This document shows, one piece after another, positions 22,032 through 34,358 of a DNA stretch of 64,000 bases. A model generated the notes under the pieces. The model did not search any database. It worked only from the letters and a program-made list of their open reading frames with translations, and was not told the DNA's origin. This DNA is from an uncultured Actinomycetes bacterium (GTDB lineage: Bacteria; Actinomycetota; Thermoleophilia; UBA2241), in assembly GCA_963755025.1 (NCBI GenBank), contig CAVWIH010000026.1, positions 1 to 64,000 of the forward strand, in the 5' to 3' direction. Every line of letters begins with the position of its first letter. Position 1 is the stretch's first letter. Both the position numbers and the translations under genes were made by a program.

Positions 22032-22251
22032 ATGAAGAAAGACATCCATCCGCAGTACGTCGAGGCGACCGTGCACTGCTCGTGCGGCAACACCTTCACG
22101 ACGCGTTCGACCAAGCCCGAGCTCAAGGTCGAGATCTGCGCCCAGTGCCATCCGTTCTACACGGGCAAGCAGAAGCTGATCGACTCCGGTGGCCGCGTCG
22201 AGCGTTTCCAGCGCCGCCTGCAAGAAGGTCAACGAGGTACACGCGAGCTAG
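22032..22251 (+). CDS. rpmE: 50S ribosomal protein L31, zinc-binding (C+) type (probable indel near 22222)
   Basis: [30 protein letters not shown]; likely true stop TAG 22249-22251. Confidence 0.93.
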
Positions 22252-22258
22252 CGCGCCG

Positions 22259-22994
22259 ATGGCCGCGACGCTCGCCGTCACTCTTCTCGCCCACACACCC
22301 GACCCCGACCGCGCCGTAGCGGCCGCGGGCCGGCTGTGCTACGCGCCGGTCTCGGCCGCCGAGCTCACCGAGACCATGAGCGACGACGACGTCGCCCGCC
22401 TCGTGCGCGGGCCTCGTGGCGTCGGGTCACCACTCGGCGCTCGAGCACGCCTCGTTCACCTTCGCCGTCGACGGCGTCTCGCGGGCCTGCACGCACCAGC
22501 TCGTGCGCCATCGCGTGGCGAGCTACAACCAGCAGTCCCAGCGCTACGTCAACTTCAGTCACGGCGACGCCTTCGTGGTGCCGCCCTCGGTGGCCGCCAA
22601 CCCCGCGGCCCACGAGGTCTTCGTGGCGGCCATGGGCCACGCCCGCGAGGCCTACGACCAGCTGGTCGAGCTCGGCATGGCCGAGGGCCGCAGCCGCGAG
22701 TCGGTCCAAGAAGACGCGCGCTTCGTGCTGCCCAACGCCGCCGAGTCCAAGATCGTCGTCACCATGAACGCTCGCGAGCTGCGCCACTTCTTCGCCGTGC
22801 GCTGCTGCAACCGCGCGCAGTGGGAGATACGGGCGCTCGCCTGGGAGCTGCGCGGCCTCGTCAAGCAGGTCGCTCCGGCGCTCTTCTACAAGACCGGTCC
22901 GGGCTGCCTGTACGGCACGTGCCCCGAGGGCAAGATGACCTGCGGCAAGCCCTACGACGCAGCGCAGGTCGACGGCGCCGGAACGGCGGAGTGA
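22259..22994 (+). CDS. thyX: FAD-dependent thymidylate synthase (indel near 22410)
   Basis: [22 protein letters not shown] ThyX motif, EDARFVLP and RAQWEIR. Confidence 0.92.
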
Positions 22995-23969
22995 GCGCGC
23001 GGCGCGCGCCGCGGGCGCTGCGGCTGGGCGCGAACGCCATCCACCTGCTCGCCCTGAGCGCCGTGCGGCGCGCCGCCGTCGGCGGCCAGGCGGTCATGGA
23101 GGGCGTCATGATGCGCGGCGTCGACAACTGGTCGCTGGCCGTGCGCCGCCCCGACGACTCGATCTTCGTCGAGTCGTGGCCGCTCGTGTCGTACATGAAG
23201 CGCTACCCCGTCCTCAAGCTGCCCATCCTGCGCGGCATCACCGCCCTGGTCGAGTCGCTCGTGGTCGGCATCAGGGCGCTCACCATCTCGGCCAACGAGT
23301 CGACCGGCGAAGAGACGCAGGAGCTCACCAAAAAAGAGATCGGCGTCACGCTGGTCGTGGCCTTCGCCTTCGCCATCGGCGTGTTCTTTCTGGCGCCGCT
23401 GGGCATCACGCGCATCTTCCGCGCGCAGCTCGGCAGCGGCTTCGTCTTCTGGCTGGTCGAGGGCCTCGTGCGCGTCGACCATCTTCGTGATCTACCTGCT
23501 CATCATCACCCGCTTTCGCGACCTGCGCCGCGTGTTCGAGTACCACGGCGCCGAGCACAAGTCGATCCACGCCCTCGAGCACGGCGACGAGCTCACCGTG
23601 GCCAACGTCGACAAATACAAGACCCTGCACCTGCGCTGCGGCACGTCGTTCCTGCTCGTCGTGATGGTCGTCTCCATCCTCGTCTTTGCCTTCGTGCGCT
23701 GGCCGGTGTGGTACCTGCTCATCCTCTCGCGCATCGTGCTGGTGCCGCTCATCGCCGGCGTCTCCTACGAGATCATCCGCCTGGCCGGCCGCCACGAGAC
23801 CAACCCCGTGGTGCGCGTGGTCATGGCGCCGGGCCTCGCCCTGCAGTGGATGACCACCAAGCCGCCCGACTCGGCGCAGATCGAGGTCGCCATCGAGGCC
23901 CTCGAGCGCATCGTCGAGCTCGAACCGCAGACCGGCCCGCCCGAGAAGGGCATCGAGGTGATGGCCTAG
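22991..23969 (+). CDS. DUF1385 membrane protein (indel near 23480)
   Basis: [22 protein letters not shown] and HLRCGTSF motifs; usual position between rpmE and prfA. Confidence 0.88.
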
Positions 23970-24109
23970 CCATCGCCCGCCGCGGCGCCGTTCGCGCCGC
24001 CCCGTGCGCGCGTCGCTCCGCCCGCCGCCCCGCGTCGCTCCGCCGCCCCGGTCGCGCAGCGCCGCGCCGCCTGCGCCGCCACTTCAGCTTGGCCGCCGGG
24101 CATGACAGG

Positions 24110-24115
24110 TATAAT
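24110..24115 (+). promoter_or_regulatory. Housekeeping sigma -10 element upstream of prfA
   Basis: Perfect TATAAT in GC-rich intergenic DNA 66 nt before the ATG. Confidence 0.55.
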
Positions 24116-24180
24116 CACAGGCGAGCGCCACCGGCGCGCGGCCCACCCCCGAGGCGCCGTTCATCTAAGGATCTTGTGCC

Positions 24181-25395
24181 ATGACCGACGTGATCGACAA
24201 TCTGATCGACGAGATAGAACGCTCCTACGCGGAGCTCACCGAACAGCTCTCCGACCCCGAGCTGCTGGCCGACCGTAGCCGCTACACGGCGGCCGCGCGG
24301 CGCCACGCCGAGCTGTCCGACGCGCACGCCCTGGCGCTGCAGTACCGCGAGGCCGAGCGCGCCGCCGCCGAAGCCGAGGAGATGCTGGCCGCCGACAGCG
24401 CCGCCGGCGCGGGCGGCGGCGGCGGCGGGTCGGGCGGCGGCAGCGGTGGCTCGGGCGGCAGCGGCGGCTCGGGCGACGGTGCGGGTGACGGCGGCGCGGG
24501 CGCCGGCGGCGACGGCGGCGCGCTCGACGACGAGATGCGCAGCTACCTGCAGCAGGAGCTCCACGACAGCCGCCACCGCCAGGCCGAGCTCGCCGAAGAG
24601 ATCCGCACGCAGATGCTCACGCGCGACCCCAACGACGCCAAAGACGTGATCATCGAGATCCGCGCCGGCACCGGCGGCGACGAAGCCGCCCTCTTTGCCG
24701 GCGACCTCTACCGCATGCTCTACCGCTACGCCGAGAAGAAGGGCTACGAGGTCGCCGAGCTGTCCAAGTCCGAGTCCGAGTCGGGCGGCTACAAGGAGCT
24801 CATCTTCGAGGTGCGCGGCCGCGGCGCCTACTCCATGTTCAAATACGAAGGCGGCGTGCACCGCGTGCAGCGCGTGCCGGTGACCGAGTCGCAGGGCCGC
24901 ATCCACACCTCGACGGCCACGGTCGCCGTGCTGCCCGAGGCCGAAGAGGTCGAGGTGCAGATCGACCCCAACGAGCTGCGCATCGACATCTTCCGCTCGA
25001 GCGGCCCCGGCGGCCAGTCGGTCAACACCACCGACTCGGCGGTGCGCATCACCCACCTGCCCACCGGCCTCGTGGTGAGCTGCCAAGACGAGAAGAGCCA
25101 GCTGCAGAACAAGGAGCAGGCCCTGCGCATCCTGCGCGCCCGCCTGTTCGACATAGCCCAGGCCGAGCAAGACAAAGAGACGGCCGCCCAGCGCCGCAGC
25201 ATGGTGGGCACCGGCGACCGCTCGCAGAAGATCCGCACCTACAACTTCCCGCAGAACCGGGTGACCGACGTGCGCATCGGCCTCACCAGCCACCGTCTGG
25301 CGGCCATCCTCGAAGGCGACCTCGACGAGTTCACCGAGGGCCTCGCCGCCGAGGCGCGCCGCAAACAGCTCGCCGCCGTCGCCGCCGAAGCATGA
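24181..25395 (+). CDS. prfA: Peptide chain release factor 1 with Gly-rich insertion
   Basis: [16 protein letters not shown] (PxT), GPGGQSVN and IRTYNFPQ. Confidence 0.96.
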   Translation: MTDVIDNLIDEIERSYAELTEQLSDPELLADRSRYTAAARRHAELSDAHALALQYREAERAAAEAEEMLAADSAAGAGGGGGGSGGGSGGSGGSGGSGDGAGDGGAGAGGDGGALDDEMRSYLQQELHDSRHRQAELAEEIRTQMLTRDPNDAKDVIIEIRAGTGGDEAALFAGDLYRMLYRYAEKKGYEVAELSKSESESGGYKELIFEVRGRGAYSMFKYEGGVHRVQRVPVTESQGRIHTSTATVAVLPEAEEVEVQIDPNELRIDIFRSSGPGGQSVNTTDSAVRITHLPTGLVVSCQDEKSQLQNKEQALRILRARLFDIAQAEQDKETAAQRRSMVGTGDRSQKIRTYNFPQNRVTDVRIGLTSHRLAAILEGDLDEFTEGLAAEARRKQLAAVAAEA

Positions 25396-26360
25396 CCGAA
25401 CCGACGCGGCCGCCCACGGTGCGCCACGTGCTGGCGACCGAGGCGCGGCGACTGCGAGCGAGCTCGCAGTCGCCGCGCCTCGACGTCGAGATCCTGCTGG
25501 CCCACGTGCTGGGCATCACCCGCGAGCGCCTCTACGCCGAGCCCGAGCGCCAGCTCAAGCCGGCCGAGCTGGCGCGGCTGCGCGAGCTCGTCGCCCGCCG
25601 CGCGCGCCACGAACCGGTCGCCTACCTCACGGGGCGCAAGGCGTTCCACGACATCGAGCTCGGCGTGAACGAGCACACCCTCATTCCGCGGCCCGAGACC
25701 GAGACGCTGGTCGAGGTCGCCCTCGAGAAGCTGGCCGAGCTCGACGCCTGGCGGCGCCACAAGGAGCCGCCCCACGAGATCGACGCCGGCCCGCCGCGCC
25801 CCGAGCGCCTGCACGAGCCCCACGAAGGGCCCCGCTACGAGCCGCTGCGCGTGCTCGACATCGGCACCGGCAGCGGGGCCGTCGCCCTGGCCATCGCCCA
25901 CGCGCGGCCCGACGTGCGCGCCGTGGGCGTCGATGTGAACTACCGCGCCCTCGAGCAGGCGCGCCTGAACGCCGAAGCGCTCGGCCTGGCCGGGCGCTGC
26001 CGCTTTTTGGCGAGCGACCTGTACGCCGAGGTGCCGCGCGGCAGCCTCTTCGACCTGATCGTCTCGAACCCGCCGTACGTGGCCGACGGCGAGCTCGCCG
26101 CCACGCCGCCCGACGTGCACGCCTACGAGCCTCACGTGGCGCTGCTCGGCGGCGAGCGCGGCCTCGACTTTTACCACCGCATCGTGCCGGCCGCGCCCGA
26201 GTTCCTGGCGCCGCGCGGCGTTCTGGCCGTCGAGATCGCCGAGCAGCGCGCCGTCGAGGTCGCCGCCATCTTCCTCGAGGCCGGCCGCTTCGAGCGGATC
26301 GAGTTGCGCAACGACCTGGGCGGCCGGCCGCGCGTGGTCGTCGCCCGCGAGCGCGAGTAG
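25392..26360 (+). CDS. prmC: Release factor glutamine methyltransferase
   Basis: [17 protein letters not shown] and SNPPY; follows prfA. Confidence 0.93.
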   Translation: MTEPTRPPTVRHVLATEARRLRASSQSPRLDVEILLAHVLGITRERLYAEPERQLKPAELARLRELVARRARHEPVAYLTGRKAFHDIELGVNEHTLIPRPETETLVEVALEKLAELDAWRRHKEPPHEIDAGPPRPERLHEPHEGPRYEPLRVLDIGTGSGAVALAIAHARPDVRAVGVDVNYRALEQARLNAEALGLAGRCRFLASDLYAEVPRGSLFDLIVSNPPYVADGELAATPPDVHAYEPHVALLGGERGLDFYHRIVPAAPEFLAPRGVLAVEIAEQRAVEVAAIFLEAGRFERIELRNDLGGRPRVVVARERE

Positions 26361-26372
26361 GGCGGCCGGGCC

Positions 26373-27111
26373 GTGAGCCGCTACGAGAAGGCGCGCGGCA
26401 TCATCCTCTCGAGCCGGCCGCTCGGCGAGGCCGACCGCATCGTCAGCCTGTTCAGCCGCGAGCTCGGCCGGCTCGACGCCGTGGTCAAGGGCGTGCGCCG
26501 CACAAAGTCGCGCTGGGGCGGGCGGCTCGAGCCCTTCGGCGTGGTCGACCTCGTGCTCTTTCGGGGGCGCTCGCTGTACACGATCACCTCGGCGCAGCTC
26601 GTGGCGGCCTTCTCGCACGTCAGAGACGACCGCGAGGCCATGGCGGCGGCGGCCCTTGCCTGCGAGGCGGTCGCCGGCCTGTTCGGCGAAGAGGAGGCCA
26701 ACGAGCGCGTCTTCAACCTGCTGGCGCGCTCGCTCACCGAGATCGACCGCGGCTTCGTGGGCCCGGCGCGCAGCTCGCCGCTGGTGCTCGGCGTGCTCAT
26801 GAAGCTGCTCCACGAGGCCGGCTACCTGCCGGTGCTCGACCAGTGCGCCGCCTGCGGCTCGGGCGGCCTGGCGCTGGCCTTCTCGGCGTCGCGCGGCGGC
26901 CTTGTGTGCGAGTGCTCCATAGGCGAGGGCGTGCCGGTGACCCCCGAGGCGGTCGACGGCCATGCGCGCCTCGGTGGAGCTGCCGCTCGCCGAGCTGCGC
27001 CTGCAGGGCCCCGCCGACGGCGCCGAAGAGGCTCTGCGCCACATCCACCAGCTTTACACCCACGAGACCGGCAACCGCCTGCGCGCCCTGCGCTTCGCCC
27101 AGGCGAGGTAG
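26373..27111 (+). CDS. recO: DNA repair protein RecO (indel near 26960)
   Basis: GEADRIV, KGVRRTKSRWGGRLEPF, CxxC...CxC zinc site; ends GNRLRALRFAQAR* in shifted frame. Confidence 0.9.
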
Positions 27112-27431
27112 CGCGGGCGGGCTTCGCCGCCGCGCTCGGGTCGCGCCGCCGGTCGCGGCGCCCCGTTGCGCTCGGTCCGCGCCGCGCTCCGTCCGCGCCG
27201 CCGCCACTCCAAAACGGCGCACCGTCGCGGTGTCGCTGGCCGCGATGGCCAAAGGGCGACGGGGGTCGAGCCCGCCCCCACCGTTGACCTGAGGGGCCGA
27301 CGCTGCGAGGCTCAGGGCATCGCAGAGAGCGTTTCGGGAGCGAGCCTCAAGGGGGGCGACTCGCGACCGGGGGACGAAGCACAAGCACAGCTGCAACCCG
27401 CACGGGCCCTTCGCGAACAGGGAGGTCGGAG

Positions 27432-30095
27432 TTGATCAAGCTACGGCTCACGCTCAACGGGATCCCGCGCCAGGTGGTGACCGACCCGCAAGCGATCCTG
27501 CTCGACGTGCTCAGGGACAGGTTCCGGCTGACCGGCGCCAAGCAGTCGTGCGACCGCAAGGGCCAGTGCGGCGCCTGCACGGTCATCGTCAACGGCAAGG
27601 CGACGCGCTCGTGCCTGACCAAGATGGCCCGCCTCGACGGCGCCGACATCATCACCATCGAGGGCCTGGGCACGCCGGCCAACCCGCACCTCATTCAAGA
27701 GGCCTTCGTGCTGGCCGGGGCCGTGCAGTGCGGCTTCTGCATCCCCGGCATGATCATGGCGACCAAGGCGCTGCTCGACGCCAACCCAGATCCGACCACC
27801 GAAGAGATCAGGCACGCCCTGCGCCACAACCTCTGCCGCTGCACGGGCTACGTGAAGATCGTCGAGGCGGTCAAGCTGGCCGGCGCGTTCTTGCGCGGCG
27901 AGACCACGCCCGACGCGCTGCGCCCCGACCCCGACGGCGCCAAGATCGGCGTGTCGCATCCGCGTCCGTCGGCTATCATCAAGGCCTGCGGCGTGGCCGA
28001 GTTCACCGCCGACATCGAGCTGCCGGGCGCGCTCGAGCTGGCCGCCGTGCACAGCCCCATCGCCCACGCCAGTGATCCGCGGCATCGACACGGCCGCGGC
28101 GGCCGCCATGCCGGCGTAGCCGGGGTGCTGACCGCCGCCGACATCAAGGGCTCGAACCGCCACAACTACATGGTGGCCGACCGGCCGGTGCTCTGCGAGG
28201 ACCGCGTGCGCTACATCGGCGACCCGGTCGCCGTGGTGGCCGCCGAGACGCGAGAGCAGGCTCTCGCGGCGGCGGCGGCCGTCGGTGGTCGACTACGAGC
28301 CGCTGCCGGTGGTGGGCTCGCCCCAGGAGGCGATGGCCGACGGCGCCCCCAGATCCACGCCGAGTGGTCGAACGTCTGCCTCACGCAGCCGCAGATCAAG
28401 GGCGACGCGGCCAAGGCGTTCGCCGAGGCCGCCGAGGTCGTCGAGGCCCACTTCGTCACGCAGTGCAACCACCAGGCGCCGCTCGAGCCCGAGGTCTCGC
28501 TGGCCTACTTCGAGGGCGAGGGCGACGACGCCCAGCTCGTCGTGGTGGGCCGCAGCATCAACATCCACAAGCACCTGGCCATGCTGCAGGAGGCCACCGG
28601 CTGGGAGAACATGCGCTACGAAGAGGCCTTCGTGGGCGGCCAGTTCGGCATCAAGATCGACGTCACCTCCGAGGGCCTCACCGCCGCCGCCGCCATGCAC
28701 TTCCGCCGGCCGGTGCGCTACATCCCGAGCCTGCAGGAGTCGATGTACTTGAGCCCCAAGCGGCACCCCTTCGACATGAAGGTCAAGCTCGGCGGCCGAC
28801 GCCGACGGCCGCCTCACCGCCCTCGGCATGGACATCCTGGTCGACAACGGCGCCTACAACTCCATGGGCAACGTCGTCATGATGCGCGCCATGCATGATG
28901 CTGTCGGGCTCCTACAACATTCCCAACGTCGACGCCCTGGCGCGCCTCGTCTACACCAACAACCCGTGGGGCGCCGCGGCGCGCGGCGCGGGCCCGCCCC
29001 AGACGCACTTCGCCCTCGAGAGCGCGCATCGACATGCTGGCTCGCAAGCTCGACATCGACCCGCTCGAGTTCCGGCGGCGCAACTCGCTGCTGCCCGGGC
29101 CAGACCAAGTCGACCGGCTCGGTGGTCGAGGAATGGCCGTTCCCCGAGCTGTGCGACGCCATCAAGCCGGCCTACGACCGTGCCGTGGCCGAGGCTCGCG
29201 AGCAGCAGCACGAGCGCCAAGCGGCGCGGCGTGGGCGTGGCCGCCGGCGCCTTCGGCATAGGCGGCCCCGGCGACCAGAGCATGGTCGCCATCGAGCTCG
29301 ACCCCGACGACGGCGTGACCGTCTACGGCGCCGTCGCCGACCCCGGCGAGGGCAACGACTCCATGCTGCTGCAGCTCACCGCCGACGCCCTCGACCTGCC
29401 CCTGCACAAGGTGCGCCTGCAGACGCGCAGCACCGAGAACACCACGGCCAACGGCCCCGCCGCCGCGAGCCGCCACACCTACATGTCGGGCGGCTCGCTG
29501 CTCGACGGCATCGGCCAGCTCAAGGCGGCCCGCGCCGAGTCGGGCGCCACCACCTACGCCGAGCTGCAGGCCGCCGGCCGGCCCACGCGCTTCATGGGCA
29601 CCAAGAAGATGGTGGTCGGGGCGCTCGACCCGCAGACCGGGCAGGGCCCGTCGTTTGAGTCGCAGGTGCACGCCCTGCAGCTCGCCGAGGTCGAGGTCGA
29701 CACCGCGAGCGGCGAGGTGCGCGTGATCCGCATGACCTGCGCGGTCGACGCCGGCCGCGTCATCCACCCGCTCAACTTCGCCGGCCAGATCGAGGGCGGC
29801 ATGGACATGGGCGTGGGCCTCGCGCTGCGCGAGAGCTACGTGCCCGGGCAGACCAAGGACTGGGTGACCTTCAAGTACCCCAGCATGCGCACCGCCTTCG
29901 ACATGGACGTGGTCGTGCGCGAGTCGCCGCGGCCGCACGGCAGCAACGGCTCGGTGGGCGTGGGCGAGATGACCCTGGTGGCCACCGCGCCGGCCGTGCT
30001 CAACGCCATCGACGACGCGGTCGGCGTGCGCATCTACGACCTGCCGGCCACGCCCGACCGGGTCGAAGGCGGCCCTCGCGACGGCGGTGCGGTGA
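27432..30095 (+). CDS. Mop-type molybdopterin aldehyde oxidoreductase (2x[2Fe-2S] plus Moco domain); many indels
   Basis: CDRKGQCGAC, QCGFC, NLCRCTGY, HQAPLEPE, GGQFG, ARGAG, GQIEGG and GVGE motifs; TTG start with GGAGG. Confidence 0.88.
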
Positions 30096-30474
30096 CCCTC
30101 AGCGCGCAGCGCGATCAGAACGGCGGCGGCTCGGGCCACGAGTTCGGCCTGAGCCGCCGGCCGCGCACGATCGCCGGGCGCATCGTGACCTTCGACAACG
30201 AGGGCTTTCTGTGGAGCGCCGACGACTGGAGCGAAGAGGTGGCCGCCGCCCTGGCGGCCGAAGCCGGCGTGGCCGCGCTCGACGACACGCAGTGGCGCGT
30301 GCTGCGCTTCTTGCGGGCCTACTTTCGCGACAACGGCCGCGCCGCCGCTCAACCGGGCGCTGGCGGCGGGCACCGAGATGCCCCTTCTGCGGCTCGAGAG
30401 CCTGTTCCCGGGGGGCATCAAGCAGGGCGCCCGCCGGCTCGCCGGCCTGCCCAACCCCAAGACCTGCACTGTGA
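30092..30474 (+). CDS. TusE/DsrC-family sulfur relay protein, single C-terminal Cys (indels near 30345 and 30468)
   Basis: DNEGFL..DDWSEEVA, QWRVLRFLR.Y and LFPGG..RLAGLPNPKTC. Confidence 0.8.
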
Positions 30475-30492
30475 GGCGCTCGGCATGACAGC

Positions 30493-31716
30493 GTGCAAGC
30501 GCGCCGTCGCTCACCGGGGGCGCGCCCGCAGCGACGCGCCTGCCGCATAGCGGGCGCGCCCGAGCGGCTGGTCTACTCTAGACAACGCGGCCACGTCGTT
30601 CCCCAAGCCGCGCGCCGCCCTGCAGCGCGCCTTCGAGACCTACACGCGCCTGGGCGTCTCGCCGGGGCGCGGCGGCTACGACCTCTCCGAGGAGGCATCG
30701 GCGTACGTCGAGGCCGCCCGCAGCCGTCTCGCCGCATTCTTCGGCGCGCCCAACCCCGAGCGCGTCGTGTTCGCCGCCAACGCCACCGACGCCCTCAACC
30801 TCGCCATCCAGGGCATGACGCGCCCCGGCGACCACGTGGTCTCGACCCGCCTCGAGCACAACTCGGTGCTGCGCCCGCTGTGGCACCTGCGCGAGGCCGG
30901 GCGCATCGCCTTCGACCTGGTGCCCTTCGACGGGCAGGGGCTCGTCGACCCGGCCGCGGTGGCGCGCGCCATCCGCCCCGAGACCAGGCTGGTCGTGGTC
31001 TCCCACGCCTCGTCGGTGCTGGGCACCGTGCAGCCGGTCGCCGAGATCGCCGCGGCCTGCGCCGCGCGCGGCGTGCCGCTGCTGCTCGATGCGGCGCAGA
31101 GCGCCGGCCACGTGCCGGTGCGCCTGAGCGACTGGCAGGTGAGCGCCATCGCCTTCACCGGCCACAAGGCGCTGCTCGGTCCGTCGGGCAGCGGCGGCCT
31201 GGTCGTGGCGCCCGACACCGAGATCGCCCCGACCCGCTTTGGCGGCACCGGCGTCGACTCGGCGAGCCTCGTCCACACGCCCACCTACCCGCACCGGCTC
31301 GAGGCCGGCACGCTGAATCTGCTGGGCATCATCGGGCTGAACGAGGGGCTGGCATTCGTGGAAGCAGAGGACATGGCCGCGGCGCAGGAGCGCGAGATCG
31401 CCTTGGCGCGCCGCCTGCGCGAGGGCCTGGCGGCGCTGCCCGGCGTGGCCGTCTACAGCCCCGTGCCGCGCGACGGCGACGTGCCCATCGTCACCTGCAA
31501 CGTGACGGCGATCGCGCCCTCCGACGTGGGCGCCATCCTCGACGGCGACTACGGCATAGCGGTGCGCACCGGCCTGCAGTGCGCGCCGCTCGTGCACCAC
31601 GACCTGCGGCACCGCCGAGCAGGGCGCCGTGCGCTTCAGCCTGGGCCACTTCACGAGCGCCGACGACGTCGCCTGGGCGCTGCAGGCGATGACCGCCATC
31701 GCGCAGAGCGCCGTAG
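30493..31716 (+). CDS. Class V PLP aminotransferase / cysteine desulfurase-like (ends approximate, indels near 30577 and 31610)
   Basis: LDNAATSFPKP, EHNSVLRP, DAAQSAG, TGHKAL (PLP Lys), EAGT, RTGLQCA and VRFSLG. Confidence 0.85.
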
Positions 31717-31860
31717 CGCGGTTCGCGTTCGAGGCGGCCCAGATCGCTCGCTGGGCTCGCGCGGGCTTGCGCCGAGCGCGCGCCCCGCGTGCTCGCGCCG
31801 AGGCGAGCGCGGCGAAGGCCGCTGCGCCCCGGCGACGCTCCGCCCGAGGCCGGGCGCGTC

Positions 31861-33307
31861 CTACTTCTTCAGCTTCATCGCGAGCGCGTCGGCGTTGCCG
31901 GCCGTCGTGGTGACGCTGCCGGCGGCGAACACGCCGGTCGGGCTCAGGCACAGCGCGTCGCACTGCGCGCCCAGAACATCGGGGCCGCTCCACCGGCTGA
32001 GCCAGGCGCGCGCGCCCGACGGCGAGTAGCGCGCCGCCAGGAAGGTGTCGATATTCTTGCCGACGTCGTAGCCGCCGGTGAAGATGGTGCCGGCCGCGTC
32101 GCAGGCGACGTCGTTCCAGACGGCCTGGTGGGTGAGCGAGTCGTAGGCGAGGCGCTGCCAGGTGAGCCTGCCGGTCGCGCTGTAACGCAGCACGAAGGCG
32201 TGTTCGCGGGTGACCGGAGTGTCTATGCCGGCGCCGACGACCACGGCGTTGCCGTGCGCGTCGACCGCCAGCGCGCGCGAGTACTCCGCGGTCTTGGCGA
32301 GCTCGAGCCAGGTGCGCACCCAGAGCCGCCTGCCGGCCAGCGTGTACCTGGCGAGCACGACGCGCTGGTCGCTCGCGCTCGTGGCCTCGTAGCCGGTCAC
32401 CCAGAGCGACGTGCCGCGCAGCGCGATGGCGGTGCCGCCGTCGCTCAGGTGCCTTGGGTCGGCCACGCGCGCGCTCCACGAGACGCGTCCGCTGCCGGCG
32501 CCGAAGCGCACCGTGATGAGGTCGAGGTCGCCGCGCGCGCTCTGGCCGACGCCGGTGACGTAGGCGTTGCCGGCGCCGTCGAGCACCAGCTTGCGGCCCT
32601 CGTTGAAGCTGTGCGCGGCGCCTGCGTAGCCGCGCTTCCAGATGAGGTGGCCGTCGCTGCCCAGCTTGCGCACCACCAGGGCGCTCACCGGGCCGCCGGG
32701 GTGCGTGCCGGTCTGCACCGAGCCGCACACGTAGATCGAGCCGGCGGGCGTGCAGGCGACGTCCCAGGCCTGCGCGTTCCAGCCGACGCCGGCCTTGGCC
32801 GGGAAGGTGCGCTGCCACAGGGCCACGCCGGCGGCGCTCCACTTGGCCACGACCCACTCGCGGCCGCTGGTCGCCGTGGCGTTCGTGCCCACGGCGATCA
32901 CGCGCGCCGCTCGAGTCGACGGCGATCGCCGCGACGGTGTCGCCGAGGTGCTCGGCGGGGTTGTCCCAGGTGCGGCTCCAGAGCAGGTGGCCGGCGGCGG
33001 CGTCGTTGCCCGAGAAGCGCGCGACCATGAGGTCGGAGGTGCCGGTCGCCAGGTCGAGGTCGGACTCGCCGCCGGCGTAGAGCGAGCCGTTGGCGCCCCG
33101 CGCCACGTCGACCCAGCGCTCGGTGTTGGCGGTGGGACCGATGACGTTCGTCCACAGGCCGCGCGGCGGCAGGGTGGCGGCGCGGGCCGGCGCAGCCGCG
33201 CCCGCGCACACGGCGCAGGCCGCGGCGACGAGCGCCAGCAGCGCGACCGCGAGCGTCCGGCCCGGTACGCAGGTGCGTACGAAGGAACGACGAGAATGCC
33301 CGCGCAT
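31861..33307 (-). CDS. Secreted beta-propeller-repeat protein (indel near 32905)
   Basis: SRRSFV..hydrophobic..ARA Tat-like signal; repeated AVDxxGNxxVxG / ARYxxxGxxxW blades. Confidence 0.7.
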
Positions 33308-33556
33308 GACTGCCCCCCAGCTGTAGCCCACTTCTCCCGACGAGGAGTATACGACTCGGCTCCCACGAAGGACCGAATAGGCAGGACGGCCGCCGTTGCA
33401 GGCGCACGCGAAGAGCGTAGGCAGAATGGGATACGGGGGCCGTGCGACGGGGCCGGGCAAGCCGCCGCGCGACCGCCGGGGTGGGGGGAGCGCCAAAGGT
33501 CGCGCGCCATCTGCTTGATCGGCGCGCAATGGCCGAGCCGAGCCTGTGGGTCCGGC

Positions 33557-34066
33557 CTACTCCGTCAGGTCGATCTGGCGCAGCTCGTCGAGCAGGTCGC
33601 CGCCCTTGTCGGGCGAGAAGCCGCGGCCGTCGAACCAGCGCACCACGCCGTCGGCGTCGAGCAGCACGACCGAGGCGCCCACGAAGCCGTCGTCGCCGAG
33701 GAACTCGTGCACCGGCACGCCCTCGCCGTACAGGGTGACCACCTGCGGCCAGAGCACGCGGGGCACGCCCTTGCGCATGCCGTTGTCGATCCAGCCGGCC
33801 CAGGGCCGGTAGGCGATCGCCGGTATGGTCGGCACCTCGTAGACCGTCAGCCCGGGCTCGCGCACGGCGAGGAACTCAAGCCAGCTCGACACGTCGACCT
33901 GGGCCATGCGCTGGTAGGCGACCAGCAGCACCGAGGGGGCGCCGAACAGGTCGTCGGGAAAGCACACGTTCTCGCCCGACAGCGCCGTGCCGGTGACGGT
34001 CGGAAAGCGGCGGCCGACCGGGTCGGGGACGGGCGTCTCGTCGGAATCGCGCAGTGGAAAGCTCAT
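33557..34066 (-). CDS. Thioredoxin-fold protein (ATP10-like), no CxxC
   Basis: FPTVTGTALSG...PDD, WIDNGMRKG and VLLDADGVVRW pattern. Confidence 0.55.
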   Translation of the reverse strand: MSFPLRDSDETPVPDPVGRRFPTVTGTALSGENVCFPDDLFGAPSVLLVAYQRMAQVDVSSWLEFLAVREPGLTVYEVPTIPAIAYRPWAGWIDNGMRKGVPRVLWPQVVTLYGEGVPVHEFLGDDGFVGASVVLLDADGVVRWFDGRGFSPDKGGDLLDELRQIDLTE

Positions 34067-34358
34067 AACCCCAGTCTGCCCGCTGACGGCGGTTCCAAGT
34101 ATGGGCCATTCGCCTAGGGGTGGCCCACGCGTGCCGGCAGACGCGGGCCGGCGGCTGAGCGTTGAAGCGCTGGGCGGGCGCCTCGAGGTCCGGGCTGCCT
34201 TTCCCGAGCAGACCGTCGGGCTCGAGGTCGGCAAGGGCGGCAACGCGCGCCGCCGGCGCAAGCAGGCGGACGCCTCGTAGACGAACGCTACACCCGGCGA
34301 GCGCGCGAGGCGCGCTCGCCGTGAGCGGCGCTACCCTGGATCTGGGTCTGCTTGCGGC

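Noticed and set aside
27120-27431. Moco/Tuco riboswitch upstream of the aldehyde oxidoreductase
   Set aside because: I could not recognise the conserved motif elements; only a covariance-model search could settle it
30092-30474. DsrC indicating dissimilatory sulfite reduction
   Set aside because: Only the terminal Cys is present, the second conserved Cys is missing, and no dsrAB is nearby
30485-30600. TAG at 30548-30550 read through as pyrrolysine into LDNAATS
   Set aside because: The expected ERLVY-LDNAATS sequence lies in another frame, so indels explain it; no pyl genes in the window
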